Assembly (NCBI GenBank): GCA_963753135.1
Contig: CAVWBA010000021.1
Span: 12,166-76,165 of the forward strand
Direction: 5' to 3'
Source of the DNA: an uncultured Alphaproteobacteria bacterium
GTDB lineage: Bacteria; Pseudomonadota; Alphaproteobacteria; Rhizobiales; Beijerinckiaceae
Length of the DNA: 64,000 nucleotides
Shown piece after piece: positions 43,204 to 53,293 of this stretch. The position numbers and the translations under genes were made by a program. Position 1 is the first letter of the stretch. The number at the start of each line of letters is the position of its first letter. The notes below the pieces were generated by a model. That model was not told the DNA's origin. It made no database searches and saw only the letters and a program-made list of their open reading frames with translations.

Positions 43204-44304
43204 ATGAGCGTCATAAGGTTCATCCGGTCGCAAGCCCGTGCGGCTTACGCTCTCCTCGCGGTCTTCCTGGGCGTAGCTGCGCTGGCCGCGGTCAGCTCCT
43301 TTGTTCCCGACCGAGCGCTCAGCGCGTTGCGGTCTTTGATCCCGGCCGACACTCCGTTCTTCCAGCTTCTGCTGCTCGGCTGGATCGGCGTTGGCCTCGG
43401 CCGTCTGACGATCAAGGCGCCGCCGATCGCAGCCGAGATCGACGCTCCGGCCGCAAAGCCGCGACGAGACACGGCCGAAAGGGACGAAAAGGTCGACGCT
43501 GTGCTCCGCCACGTCGCAAAGGTGCTGCAGGCCCATGTGACCGACAGCAAAAGCTTTTCCGAGCGGCTCGATGGCCACAACGAACGGCTGTCGCGGCATG
43601 AATCCGTGGGCCCAATCAAGGAAATCGTGCTGGCCCTCATCGAGGACAATCGCGACATGCGCGATAGGCTCGACAATGTGAGGAACCAGCTCGAAGAGTC
43701 GCGCCTCCAGGTCGTGCAGCTGCAAACACATCTGGAACGCGCGGAGGAGGCAGGGCTGCGCGACGTCGTGACCGCGATCGGCAATCGCCGCTTCTTCGAC
43801 GCTTGCTTCATCGAGGAGGTGGAGAAGGCGCAAAGGCTTGGCGACCACATTTGTCTCGCGCTCGCCGACATCGACAAGTTCAAACATGTCAACGACCGTT
43901 TCGGCCATCTGGTCGGCGACCGCCTGTTGCGGCTGTTCGCCAACATCCTGGTGCAGAACGTGCGCGGACAAGACAAGGTCGCGCGTTTCGGCGGCGAGGA
44001 GTTCGCGCTGATCTTCCCTGGCGCGCGGCTCGGTGAGGCGGTGACCGCGGCCGAACGGATCCGAGTCGTTCTCGAGTCCAAGCAATGGACCATTGAGCCG
44101 AGCGGCGAGCGGGTCGGCAAGGTGACCGCGTCGTTCGGGGTGGCGAAGCTGAGGGCGGACGAGTCCCCCAACGACCTCTTGCGGCGCGCCGATGAGCGCC
44201 TCTACGAGGCCAAGGTCCAGGGCAGAAACCGTGTCGTGGCCGACGATCCAAATGACGAAACCTCCCGACCGTCGCCTCGCGACAGACGCGCCGCGGCGGG
44301 CTGA
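43204..44304 (+). CDS. Membrane-anchored diguanylate cyclase
   Basis: Two TM helices, coiled coil, DIDKFKHVND, RGQD I-site, RFGGEEF. Confidence 0.93.
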   Translation: MSVIRFIRSQARAAYALLAVFLGVAALAAVSSFVPDRALSALRSLIPADTPFFQLLLLGWIGVGLGRLTIKAPPIAAEIDAPAAKPRRDTAERDEKVDAVLRHVAKVLQAHVTDSKSFSERLDGHNERLSRHESVGPIKEIVLALIEDNRDMRDRLDNVRNQLEESRLQVVQLQTHLERAEEAGLRDVVTAIGNRRFFDACFIEEVEKAQRLGDHICLALADIDKFKHVNDRFGHLVGDRLLRLFANILVQNVRGQDKVARFGGEEFALIFPGARLGEAVTAAERIRVVLESKQWTIEPSGERVGKVTASFGVAKLRADESPNDLLRRADERLYEAKVQGRNRVVADDPNDETSRPSPRDRRAAAG

Positions 44305-44326
44305 CCGGCCTCGAGATCGCGCGACA

Positions 44327-44776
44327 ATGTCCGGCCTCCCCAACGATGCGTTTCAGCGCGCCCTCGACGAGGCCGGCCGGAAGGATGACGCGGCGAACGA
44401 GAACAGCGCGGGCCCGACGGGCGCGCCCCGCGTGCGCGGCGTCGCCTTTGGCGCCCCGCCCGGCGCCGGCGGCAAGGCGCGCTTCGGCCTGGCCTTGGAC
44501 TGGATGGACGAACCCGTGAGACCGCCCCCCCCGCCCCAACCTCCGCCGCGTCCGCGACCCGAGCGTTCCGGCGATACGCCCTCCGAGATCGCGACGGAGC
44601 TCGGCCTTGGCGCGGCGCTGACGCTTGACCAGCTCACGTCCCGCTGGCGCGATTTCGTCTGGCGCAATCATCCCGACCGCCAGCCCGCCGACGCGCGCGC
44701 CCAAGCCAACGCCCGAGTGGCGATCGCCAACACGCTCTACGACCGAGCCCGGCGCAAGCTCGCCAACGCGCGCTAG
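44327..44776 (+). CDS. Protein with a C-terminal J-domain
   Basis: LGL...WRDFVWRNHPDR...NARVAIAN; Pro-rich linker. Confidence 0.8.
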   Translation: MSGLPNDAFQRALDEAGRKDDAANENSAGPTGAPRVRGVAFGAPPGAGGKARFGLALDWMDEPVRPPPPPQPPPRPRPERSGDTPSEIATELGLGAALTLDQLTSRWRDFVWRNHPDRQPADARAQANARVAIANTLYDRARRKLANAR

Positions 44777-44882
44777 CGGGCGCCCGCCCATGCGGCCGAA
44801 TAAGCGCCCTTAAACGTTATTAGATGCCAGTAGGCGTTAGTAAATTTACTAGCGTTTACTTTTCCGAATTGGGACTTTTCAA

Positions 44883-45690
44883 GGTCGTGTCCCAGTTGAT
44901 GGTGTAGCTCGGACGGAGCAAGCCGCTCGCGAAGCGCGCTCTCCATAGCGTCGTAGCGAGCGAGCGGCTTGCGGGGGCCATCGGCGGGTCTCCGGTAGGT
45001 TCGGGTTGCGAATCTCAAACGCAACCGAGGAACCCCGATGACCGACGAGATGATGAACCTTCGCGCGATTGTGGAGAAGGCCCCCGACGCCGACATTTTG
45101 CGCGACATGATCGCCTTCGCCGCCGAGCGGCTGATGGAGATGGAGGTTGGCGCGAGGACCGGCGTTGGCTTTGGCGAGCGATCCCCTGATCGGCTCGTCC
45201 AACGCAACGGCTATCGCGATCGAGACTGGGAGACGCGCGCCGGCACGGTCGAGATCCGCATCCCCAAGCTGCGCAAGGGCTCATACTTTCCGAGCTTTCT
45301 CGAGCCGCGCCGAATGGCCGAGAAGGCGCTGACCGCCGTGATCCAGGAAGCCTATATCCACGGCGTCTCGACCCGCTCGGTCGACGATCTGGTTCGCGCC
45401 ATGGGCGGAACCGGGGTGTCGAAGAGCCAAGTATCGCGCCTGTGCGAGGAGATCGACGCACGGGTAAAGGCTTTTCCTCGACCGGCCGCTCAAGGGCGAC
45501 TGGCCCTATGTCTGGGTCGACGCGACCTATGTGAGGGTGCGCCGCAATCACCGCATTGTTTCGGTCGCAGTCATCGTGGCCGTCGGGGTCAATGCGGACG
45601 GCCGGCGCGAAGTGCTCGGCATCGGCATTGGCCCCTCCGAGGCCGAGACTTTCTGGACTGAGTTCCTTCGCAACCCTCACACGCGACGCC
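44883..45690 (+). mobile_element. Truncated IS256-family element (left end and 5' half of the transposase)
   Basis: Putative left IR ggtcgtgtccca...ggtgtagct; transposase 45038-~45685 ([36 protein letters not shown]); no right end seen. Confidence 0.85.
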
Positions 45691-46281
45691 CCCTCCCTCA
45701 CCAACGCCCTCCCAGCCTGACCCCCACCCCCTTGGGAGTTACTAAAAAAGCGCGAAATAGAAACGCTCAGTAAGAGCATCGTATTCCGCTCATGTCTTCA
45801 TCTTGCCATAGATAGGTACATCCCCTACGGCGACCTTCATGTGGTTGGAAGCTTGCTCGATCCAGAGGCCAAAAACAGTGTTTCGAGGCTTCGGGTCGAA
45901 ACTGCCCCCGACGTTCTTCGAGCCAGCAACTTCGGCTTCGGGCGGGAAGCGCCGCTACCGTGCGCGCCTCGGAAAGGACCGGAGTCCGCGCCCAACCGGT
46001 CATTCACTGCGAGCGCGAAACGGCAAACCTCCGCCACCCTTGTCATTTTCCCTCGTCCGATATCCCGAAGGAGGCAGCGCAAAAAATTCAGTTGACCCGC
46101 TTAGTAGTTGGTGCCTTACTAAACACCAAATCGTGCCGGCCGACGAGTCGCCTCATGGGGCAAAGCCGAGGATGTTGATTGGTTTCGTTTTGCTCCGGAC
46201 CTCGTGAAGGTTCCGGAATCGCGGCTAACTCGTGTTTAGTAACGGCCGGCAACGCCCGGCCAAAAATCGGAGGAGCGAACA

Positions 46282-47629
46282 ATGAGGATGAGAAGGACGA
46301 CTCTATCTCTGACATGCGCTGCAAGCATGCTGGCGCTGACTCTCGGGGCGGCGTCATCCGCGCGGGCTGAAGGCAAGTCGCTAACGATGTGCTGGGCGGC
46401 GTGGGACCCGGCCAACGCGCTGGTGGAGCTCGACAAGGACTTCACCAAAGAGACCGGCATTGAGATGAAACACGAGTTCGTCCCGTGGACGAGCTACGCA
46501 GACCACTTCATCAACCTTCTCAACTCCCGCAGCAGCGAATGCGACCTGATCATCGGCGACAGCCAATGGATCGGCGGCGCGGCGGAGAACAAGTGGTACA
46601 TCAAGCTCAACGACTTCTTCGACAAGAACAAGATCTCGATGGACACGTTCTTGCCCGCGACCGTCGTCGGATATGCGGAATGGCCCAAGAACACGCCGAA
46701 CTACTGGGGTCTGCCTGCGATGGCCGACGCGGTCGGCTGGACTTACCGCAAGGACTGGTTCGCCAAGCCAGAGCTACGCGCCGAATTCAAGGCGAAGTAC
46801 AATCGCGAACTCGAGCCGCCCAAGACGTGGGACGAGCTCATTGAAGTTTCGAAATTCTTCACAGGCAAAGAGATCGACGGCAAGAAAGTCTACGGGTCGT
46901 ATATTTTCACCGAGCGAGGCTCGGAAGGCATCACGATGGGCGTCACCAACGCGATGTACAATTACGGCTTCGACTACATGGACCCCGACAAGCCCTACCA
47001 CATGACGGGCGTCGTGAACTCCACGGGCGCCGCCAAGGGCATGGACGTCTACAAGGAGCTATTTGACTGCTGCCAGCCGGCGGGCCTGACGAACGCGTAC
47101 ATGCAGGAAGGACTTGACGCCTTCAAGTCCGGCCAAGTCGCCATGCAAATGAACTGGTATGCGTTCTTCCCAGGGCTCGCCAAGGATCCGAATGTCGGCG
47201 GGGACAAGATCGGCTTCTTCAAGAACCCAGCCGGTCCGGCCGGTCAGTTCACCCAGCTCGGCGGTCAGGGCCTTTCGGTCGTCGCCGCTTCGAAGAACGT
47301 CGACGATGCGTTGCTCTACGTGAAGTGGTTCGCGCAACCGGCGATTCAGCAGAAGTGGACGGACTTGGGCGGCGCGTCGGCCTCGAAGGCCGTGCTCGAA
47401 CTCGGACGCCTACAAGAAGAGCGCACCCTACGCGCCCTCGTTCGTTGAGTCGATGGGAATCGTGAAGGACTTCTGGGCAGAGCCGCTTTATGTCCCGCTT
47501 CTACTCGACATGCAGAATCGGGTCCATGATTACGTTGTCGCGAATAAGGGCACGTCCCAAGAGGCGCTCGACGCGCTGGTCAAGGACTGGAAGAAGGTCT
47601 TCAAGCAGGAAGGCAAGGATCCCTCGTAA
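46282..47629 (+). CDS. Sugar/polyol ABC transporter substrate-binding protein (+1 frameshift ~47398)
   Basis: Signal peptide, WAAWDPA, GDSQW, QLGGQG; the shifted frame continues KDFWAEP...KDPS*. Confidence 0.9.
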
Positions 47630-47727
47630 TCGGGCTCACGGCGCCCCGTCGTCGGGCGAAAGTCCATCTCTCCCTCGGCGCCGCCTACAGGCCCGAGGGA
47701 GCTCCGACGATTGAGCGAGCGGACGGA

Positions 47728-48687
47728 ATGAACGGAACGAACGCCACTCAGACGCTGATCGAGCGCGCCGCCATGCGGACCGCCGCGCCCGTCGCCCCAC
47801 GCCTACGCGGCATGTCGGACCGCGCAATCGCCTGGCTCTTCATCCTGCCGACAATGGCGCTCTTGCTCGCGATCAACATCTTTCCGCTGATCTGGGCGAT
47901 CCGGCTCTCGTTCACCGGATTCATGGCCAATCTGCCGAACCCCGCCCGGTTTCTTGGCTTGGACAATTATGTAGACATCCTGACCGACGAGGATGTCTGG
48001 ACGAACTTCCAGATCACCGCGCATTTCGTGTTTTGGACGATCGCGCTGCAGGTGGTTATCGGCCTCGGTCTTGCGTTGCTCATCAACCACAAATTCCGCG
48101 GTCACAGCTTCTGGACGACCGTCATCCTGCTGCCGATGATGCTGTCGCCCGCAGTGGTCGGCAATTTCTGGACCCTGCTGTTCCAGCCGCAGATTGGGCC
48201 GTTCAACTACTTGATCGGATTCTTGACCGGCGTCGCGCCGAGTTCGTTCACGATGATTGGGAGCGTCAACCTGGCGCCGTGGACAATCGTGCTGGTCAAT
48301 ACCTGGATGTGGGCTCCGTATGTCATGTTGATCTGCCTGGCGGGTCTTCGCTCCATTCCCGACTACATCTACGAAGCTGCAGAGATCGACCGCGCCTCTA
48401 CCTTGCGTCAATTCTGGTCGATCACGCTGCCGATGGTCCTGCCTTTCCTCATGCTTGCCGTGCTGTTCCAGGCAATCCAGTCGTTCGAAATGTTCGACAT
48501 GGTTAACCTTTTGACCTCGGGCGGCCCAGGCTCGACCACCGAGCTTGTCTCAATCACGCTCAAACGGGCCGCGTTCGAAAAGTGGGAGACCGGTTATGCG
48601 TCGGCGCTCGCCGTGATCCTGTTCGTAACGATATTCGGCGCTGCGAACGTCTATGTGAGGGCGCTCAACTGGGTGAAGCAGCAATGA
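47728..48687 (+). CDS. Carbohydrate ABC permease
   Basis: LLPMMLSPAV, IYEAAEID EAA loop. Confidence 0.93.
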   Translation: MNGTNATQTLIERAAMRTAAPVAPRLRGMSDRAIAWLFILPTMALLLAINIFPLIWAIRLSFTGFMANLPNPARFLGLDNYVDILTDEDVWTNFQITAHFVFWTIALQVVIGLGLALLINHKFRGHSFWTTVILLPMMLSPAVVGNFWTLLFQPQIGPFNYLIGFLTGVAPSSFTMIGSVNLAPWTIVLVNTWMWAPYVMLICLAGLRSIPDYIYEAAEIDRASTLRQFWSITLPMVLPFLMLAVLFQAIQSFEMFDMVNLLTSGGPGSTTELVSITLKRAAFEKWETGYASALAVILFVTIFGAANVYVRALNWVKQQ

Positions 48688-49637
48688 GCGTCGTTCCGTC
48701 GCAGCGCCCATTCTCCGAGTCGTCGCCGCTTGTCCGTTGGCTCTCCGGCGCCATCGTCATCTTTTACGCCATTCTCACGATCCTACCTTTGGCGTGGATT
48801 GGGGCGACGGCCTTCAAGTCACAGGAGGACGCGATCGCCTATCCTCCGAAGGTGTTCTTCACACCGACGCTTGAGGGCTTTGTCGATCTATTCACAGTAC
48901 AAACGCACCAGTCGCACGAGTTCATTTCCAAGCTCCCTCCGCCTGCGACATGGTACGAGAAGATCGCCCGCGACCGCGACATGGTGATCGCCGGTCCATC
49001 GCGTGTCGTCGAGCGCTTCCTAAACTCGCTGATCATCGGCTTCGGCTCAACGATCCTCGCGACTTTCCTCGGTACGCTGGCCGCCTATGCCTTCTCACGA
49101 TTTCGCGTGCCTCTGGCCGACGACCTGCTTTTTTTCATCCTGTCGACGCGTATGATGCCGCCGATCGCGGTCGCGGTCCCGATTTACATGATGTACCGCT
49201 GGCTTGGGCTCTACGATACGCGAATAGGCATGATCCTGCTCTACACGGCGGTGAACGTGTCGCTTGCGGTCTGGCTGCTCAAGGGTTTCATCGACGAGAT
49301 CCCGCGCGAGTACGAAGAGGCGGCCCTGGTCGATGGCTACACGCGGCTGCAGGCCTTTCGCAAGGTGGTGCTGCCGCAGGCCGTGACCGGCATCGCCGCG
49401 ACGTCGATTTTCTGCCTGATTTTCTCCTGGAACGAATATGCCTTCAATCTCCTGCTGACGAGTTCGGACGCGCAAACGATGCCGCCCTTCATCCCGTTCA
49501 TCATCGGCGAGGGAGGGCAGAACTGGCCGGCTGTCGCCGCCGGGACGACGTTGTTTCTGTTGCCGATCGTCATTTTCACGATCGCTCTGAGGAAACACCT
49601 GTTGCGTGGGATAACATTCGGAGCGGTGCGCAAATGA
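48684..49637 (+). CDS. Carbohydrate ABC permease
   Basis: RMMPPIAV, YEEAALVDG EAA loop, WNEY. Confidence 0.93.
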   Translation: MSVVPSQRPFSESSPLVRWLSGAIVIFYAILTILPLAWIGATAFKSQEDAIAYPPKVFFTPTLEGFVDLFTVQTHQSHEFISKLPPPATWYEKIARDRDMVIAGPSRVVERFLNSLIIGFGSTILATFLGTLAAYAFSRFRVPLADDLLFFILSTRMMPPIAVAVPIYMMYRWLGLYDTRIGMILLYTAVNVSLAVWLLKGFIDEIPREYEEAALVDGYTRLQAFRKVVLPQAVTGIAATSIFCLIFSWNEYAFNLLLTSSDAQTMPPFIPFIIGEGGQNWPAVAAGTTLFLLPIVIFTIALRKHLLRGITFGAVRK

Positions 49638-49837
49638 CCGGGCGGTCCGACACGAAGCTCATGCGATGGACGCGCTGGTTTAAGCGCGGACCTTGGGAGA
49701 ACGGGGCAATGACCCTGATCGGCCTCGGGATTCTGATGCTGACGCAGCCGTTTCTCCTCGATCTCTACACCTACTCATTCGTCACGATCCTTGCCGGCGC
49801 GCTCGCGTTCGTCGTCGTCAGCCACTTTCCGCAGTGA
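49634..49837 (+). CDS. Small two-TM membrane protein of the ABC operon
   Basis: Overlaps the permease stop; two hydrophobic segments. Confidence 0.7.
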   Translation: MTGRSDTKLMRWTRWFKRGPWENGAMTLIGLGILMLTQPFLLDLYTYSFVTILAGALAFVVVSHFPQ

Positions 49838-49846
49838 GGTCTTGTC

Positions 49847-50959
49847 ATGGCCGAGATTCGCGTCGAGCGGTTGCATAAGGCTTTTCACGACTTCGTCGCC
49901 GTTAAAGATTCGAGCTTCGTGATCGAAGATCGCTCCTTCTTCGTCATGTTGGGTCCCTCGGGATGCGGCAAGACGACAACCCTGCGGATGATCGCCGGCC
50001 TTGAACTGCCGACGGACGGGCGGATCTTTCTCGACGGCAAAGATGTGACCTTCAAGCGCGCTTCCGAGCGCGACATCGCCTTCGTCTTCCAGCTCTTCGC
50101 GCTTTACCCGCACATGAACGTCCGGCGAAACATCGCCTTTCCGCTTGTCTCGATGGGCATGAAGCGGGCCGACGTCAGGGCGCGGGTCGAGGAGGCCGCT
50201 CGCATCCTGCGCATTACCGAACTGCTCGACCGTCCGGTGTCAGGCCTGTCCGGCGGCGATCGTCAGCGCGTCGCGCTCGGGCGCGCCATCGTGCGCCGCC
50301 CCATGGCATTCATGATGGACGAGCCGCTCGGCGCGCTCGATTCGGAGTTGCGCGACATCATGTGCGGCGAACTGCGCGGGTTGCACGACCGGCTGAAAGC
50401 AACGACCGTTTATGTGACACACGACCAGACTGAGGCGATGTCGCTCGGCGACAGGATCGCGGTGATGAGCCATGGCATGATCGAACAATTGGGCACGCCG
50501 CGCCAGATCTATGATCGGCCAGCCTCCATTTTTGTGGCCGACTTCATCGGCTCGCCGCCGATGAACCTGCTGACGTTCAACGACTCGCTGGAGCCAGGCC
50601 GGGCAAATGTTCGCGTCGGCCAAGCCGAGATCAACGTTCCGGCCCCGCGCGAGGCGATGGCGGCGCGCGACCTCGTCTTGGGAGTTCGCCCCGAACACGT
50701 CCGCCTGAACGATGGCGCTGGGCTGCGTGGCGAAGTTTTTGGGACGGAATACCTCGGCACCACTCAGATCGTCACCATCACGACCGCGCACGGTGTGGTC
50801 AAAGCGCGACTCGCCTCGACTGTCAAAGTGTCCATCGGCGATCCCGTTGGGCTCGCATTTCGCCCTGACCGCATCTCGCTGTTCGACGCCGCTTCCGGTC
50901 ACGCCATTCGCACGGCGCTCCACGACCACGCTCCAGCTATGGAGCACGCCCATGTCTGA
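49847..50959 (+). CDS. MalK-type ABC ATPase
   Basis: GPSGCGKTT, LSGGDRQR, MDEPL, YVTHDQ. Confidence 0.95.
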   Translation: MAEIRVERLHKAFHDFVAVKDSSFVIEDRSFFVMLGPSGCGKTTTLRMIAGLELPTDGRIFLDGKDVTFKRASERDIAFVFQLFALYPHMNVRRNIAFPLVSMGMKRADVRARVEEAARILRITELLDRPVSGLSGGDRQRVALGRAIVRRPMAFMMDEPLGALDSELRDIMCGELRGLHDRLKATTVYVTHDQTEAMSLGDRIAVMSHGMIEQLGTPRQIYDRPASIFVADFIGSPPMNLLTFNDSLEPGRANVRVGQAEINVPAPREAMAARDLVLGVRPEHVRLNDGAGLRGEVFGTEYLGTTQIVTITTAHGVVKARLASTVKVSIGDPVGLAFRPDRISLFDAASGHAIRTALHDHAPAMEHAHV

Positions 50960-51968
50960 GGTGTCGCTCGACGGAGTATCGAAGCAGTTCGGCGCGACGC
51001 CTGCGGTGTCCGATCTTTCGCTGACCATCGAGGACGGCGCGTTTGTGGTGTTGCTCGGGCCGACCGGGGCCGGCAAGACCACTACGTTGCGACTGATCGC
51101 AGGCCTCGAGCGTCCAGATGCGGGACGGATCCGCATTGCCGGCCGGGATGTCACGCGCGACTCGCCCGCGCAGCGCGATGTCGCCTTCGTGTTCCAACAG
51201 TATTCGCTCTATCCACACTTGTCGGTGTTCGACAATCTGGCCTTCCCTCTGCGCTCGCCTGCGAGGCCGACTCCGGAGCCAGCGATCCTCCAGAAGGTGA
51301 ACGAAATCGCGACGCTGCTGCGCATCTCCGACAAGCTGGACCAGCGGGTCACGAAACTATCCGGGGGCCAGATGCAGCGTGTGGCCATCGGCCGCGCCCT
51401 CGTTCGCTCGCCGTCTATCTACCTGATGGACGAGCCGCTATCGTCATTGGACGCAAAGCTGCGCGCCGAATTGCGCATCGAACTGAAGCGCATTCAAAAC
51501 GAACTCGGCGCGACGATCCTATACGTCACCCACGATCAGACAGAGGCCATGACTCTCGGAAGCCAGGTTGGCGTGATTGAAAACGGTCGCGTGGTGCAGT
51601 TTGGCACGCCGCGGCAAGTGTACGAGAATCCGTTGAATGCCTATGTCGCCGCCCGTTTGGGCGTCCCTCCGATCAATCTGACGCCGCGCTCCTCATTCCC
51701 CGAGGTCGCAATGCCCGAGGGCACGGCTACGGTCGGCGTTCGAACGGAGCACGCCCAGATCAGCAAGGCTAACGGTCGACGCGCATCAGGCCGTGTCACG
51801 TGGGTCGAGCATCTCGGCGATCAGGATCATTTGCACATCACTCTTGACGAGCACGATTTCGTCACCCTTGCCGATCCCGATTCCGGGCTAGGACCAGGTG
51901 ATGACGTAACGATCGCCTTGACCGATCCGCTTTTCTTCAACGCCTCCGGCGAGAGGGTGCGGGCATGA
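50952..51968 (+). CDS. Second MalK-type ABC ATPase
   Basis: GPTGAGKTT, LSGGQMQR, MDEPL, YVTHDQ. Confidence 0.95.
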   Translation: MSEVSLDGVSKQFGATPAVSDLSLTIEDGAFVVLLGPTGAGKTTTLRLIAGLERPDAGRIRIAGRDVTRDSPAQRDVAFVFQQYSLYPHLSVFDNLAFPLRSPARPTPEPAILQKVNEIATLLRISDKLDQRVTKLSGGQMQRVAIGRALVRSPSIYLMDEPLSSLDAKLRAELRIELKRIQNELGATILYVTHDQTEAMTLGSQVGVIENGRVVQFGTPRQVYENPLNAYVAARLGVPPINLTPRSSFPEVAMPEGTATVGVRTEHAQISKANGRRASGRVTWVEHLGDQDHLHITLDEHDFVTLADPDSGLGPGDDVTIALTDPLFFNASGERVRA

Positions 51969-52573
51969 CGCCGGCGCTTTTACATCGCCTGATTCTGACA
52001 GTGGCCGACGACGTCATCGCACATGCCGACGAACTCACTGACCTCGATCAGGCGGTGGGGGACGGCGACCACGGAATCAACATGAGACGCGGTTTTGAGG
52101 CCGTGCGGGCGGACGCCGCATCGACTGCCGAGAAGCCGCTGCCGGAAGCGCTCAAAGCGATAGGCACGCAGATCGTGATGAAGGTGGGGGGCGCCTCTGG
52201 CCCGCTTTACGGGACGCTGTTCTTGGCGCTCAGCAAGGAGATCGCTCCGGACGCCTCCAATCTCCCGACCGCTTTCGCCAAGGCCGTCGAAGCCGTCAAG
52301 GCGCGGGGCAAGTCACACCCGGGCCAGAAGACCATGCTCGACGTCCTCGCGCCGGTGCAGATGGCGCTCGCCGAAGGAGGCGTGGACCTGCCCAGCCGGC
52401 TGCCGGAGGTCGCCGCCAGCGCTGCGGACGCAACCATCCCGATGCTGGCCACGCGGGGCCGCGCGTCCTTCCTGGGCGAGCGTTCGATCGGGCACATGGA
52501 CCCCGGCGCCCGCTCGTCGGCCCTGATCGTTGCGTCCCTATGCCGCGTGTTGGAGGGGGTAAGCCTTGGCTAA
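51965..52573 (+). CDS. dhaL: Dihydroxyacetone kinase ADP-binding subunit
   Basis: LDQAVGDGDHG, GGASGPLYG, GQKTMLD, GRASFLGERS, DPGA. Confidence 0.95.
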   Translation: MTPALLHRLILTVADDVIAHADELTDLDQAVGDGDHGINMRRGFEAVRADAASTAEKPLPEALKAIGTQIVMKVGGASGPLYGTLFLALSKEIAPDASNLPTAFAKAVEAVKARGKSHPGQKTMLDVLAPVQMALAEGGVDLPSRLPEVAASAADATIPMLATRGRASFLGERSIGHMDPGARSSALIVASLCRVLEGVSLG

Positions 52574-52955
52574 CGTCGGGATCGTCATCGTGTCGCACTC
52601 GCCCAAGATCGCTGAGGGCGCCGCCGACATGGTGCGTCAAATGGTTGGGGACAGCGTCAATCTCGCCTACACCGGCGGCGATCCGGGCGGTGGACTCGGA
52701 ACTGGCGTCGCGGAGATTCGCGACGCGATCGACCGCGCATGGTCGGAGGCGGGCGTCGCTATTCTGGTCGATCTCGGCGGGGCCGAAACGAACAGTGAAA
52801 TGGCCGTGGAGATGCTTGAAGAGGAGCGACGGGGACGGGTTGTCGTTTGCAACGCGCCAATCGTCGAGGGCGCCGTGATGGCGGCGACCGAAGCGTCCGG
52901 CGGTTCGTCGCTGGAGGCCGTTCAGCGTACCGCCGAGGAGTTCTCCGCGCAATGA
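52566..52955 (+). CDS. dhaM: DhaM phosphotransferase (EIIA-Man-like)
   Basis: GIVIVSHS, VDLGGA, NAPIVEGA. Confidence 0.93.
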   Translation: MANVGIVIVSHSPKIAEGAADMVRQMVGDSVNLAYTGGDPGGGLGTGVAEIRDAIDRAWSEAGVAILVDLGGAETNSEMAVEMLEEERRGRVVVCNAPIVEGAVMAATEASGGSSLEAVQRTAEEFSAQ

Positions 52956-52966
52956 AGGACCGGGCA

Positions 52967-53293
52967 ATGAACGACCACGTCGGCGCCGCCGAGCATGCGA
53001 CTGACCGGGCAGAGCTCATCAACGCCGTCGGCCTGCATGCGCGGCCCTCGGTCAAGCTGACCCAGCTTGCGAAGACGTTCGATTGCCGGGTCGAAATCGC
53101 ATTGTCGGCGGACGGGCCGTGGGTCGATGCGAAGAGCCCGGTGAAGGTCATGCGCGTGAAGGCGCCGCGCGGGGCGGTCTTGCATTTGCGCACGTCTGGT
53201 AAGGGCGCGCGGGCGGCAGCGGACGCGCTGATGGGTCTGGTCCGCACTGGCTTCGGCGAAACCAACGAGCCGGCGGATGTCCAAGGTGGGTGA
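52967..53293 (+). CDS. HPr family phosphocarrier
   Basis: GLHARP His site; DAKS Ser46-like site. Confidence 0.92.
   Translation: MNDHVGAAEHATDRAELINAVGLHARPSVKLTQLAKTFDCRVEIALSADGPWVDAKSPVKVMRVKAPRGAVLHLRTSGKGARAAADALMGLVRTGFGETNEPADVQGG

Noticed and set aside
44918-44972. 13-bp stem-loop gcaagccgctcgc/gcgagcggcttgc as a riboswitch or terminator
   Set aside because: Inside the IS256 leader with no U-tract; explained as part of the IS
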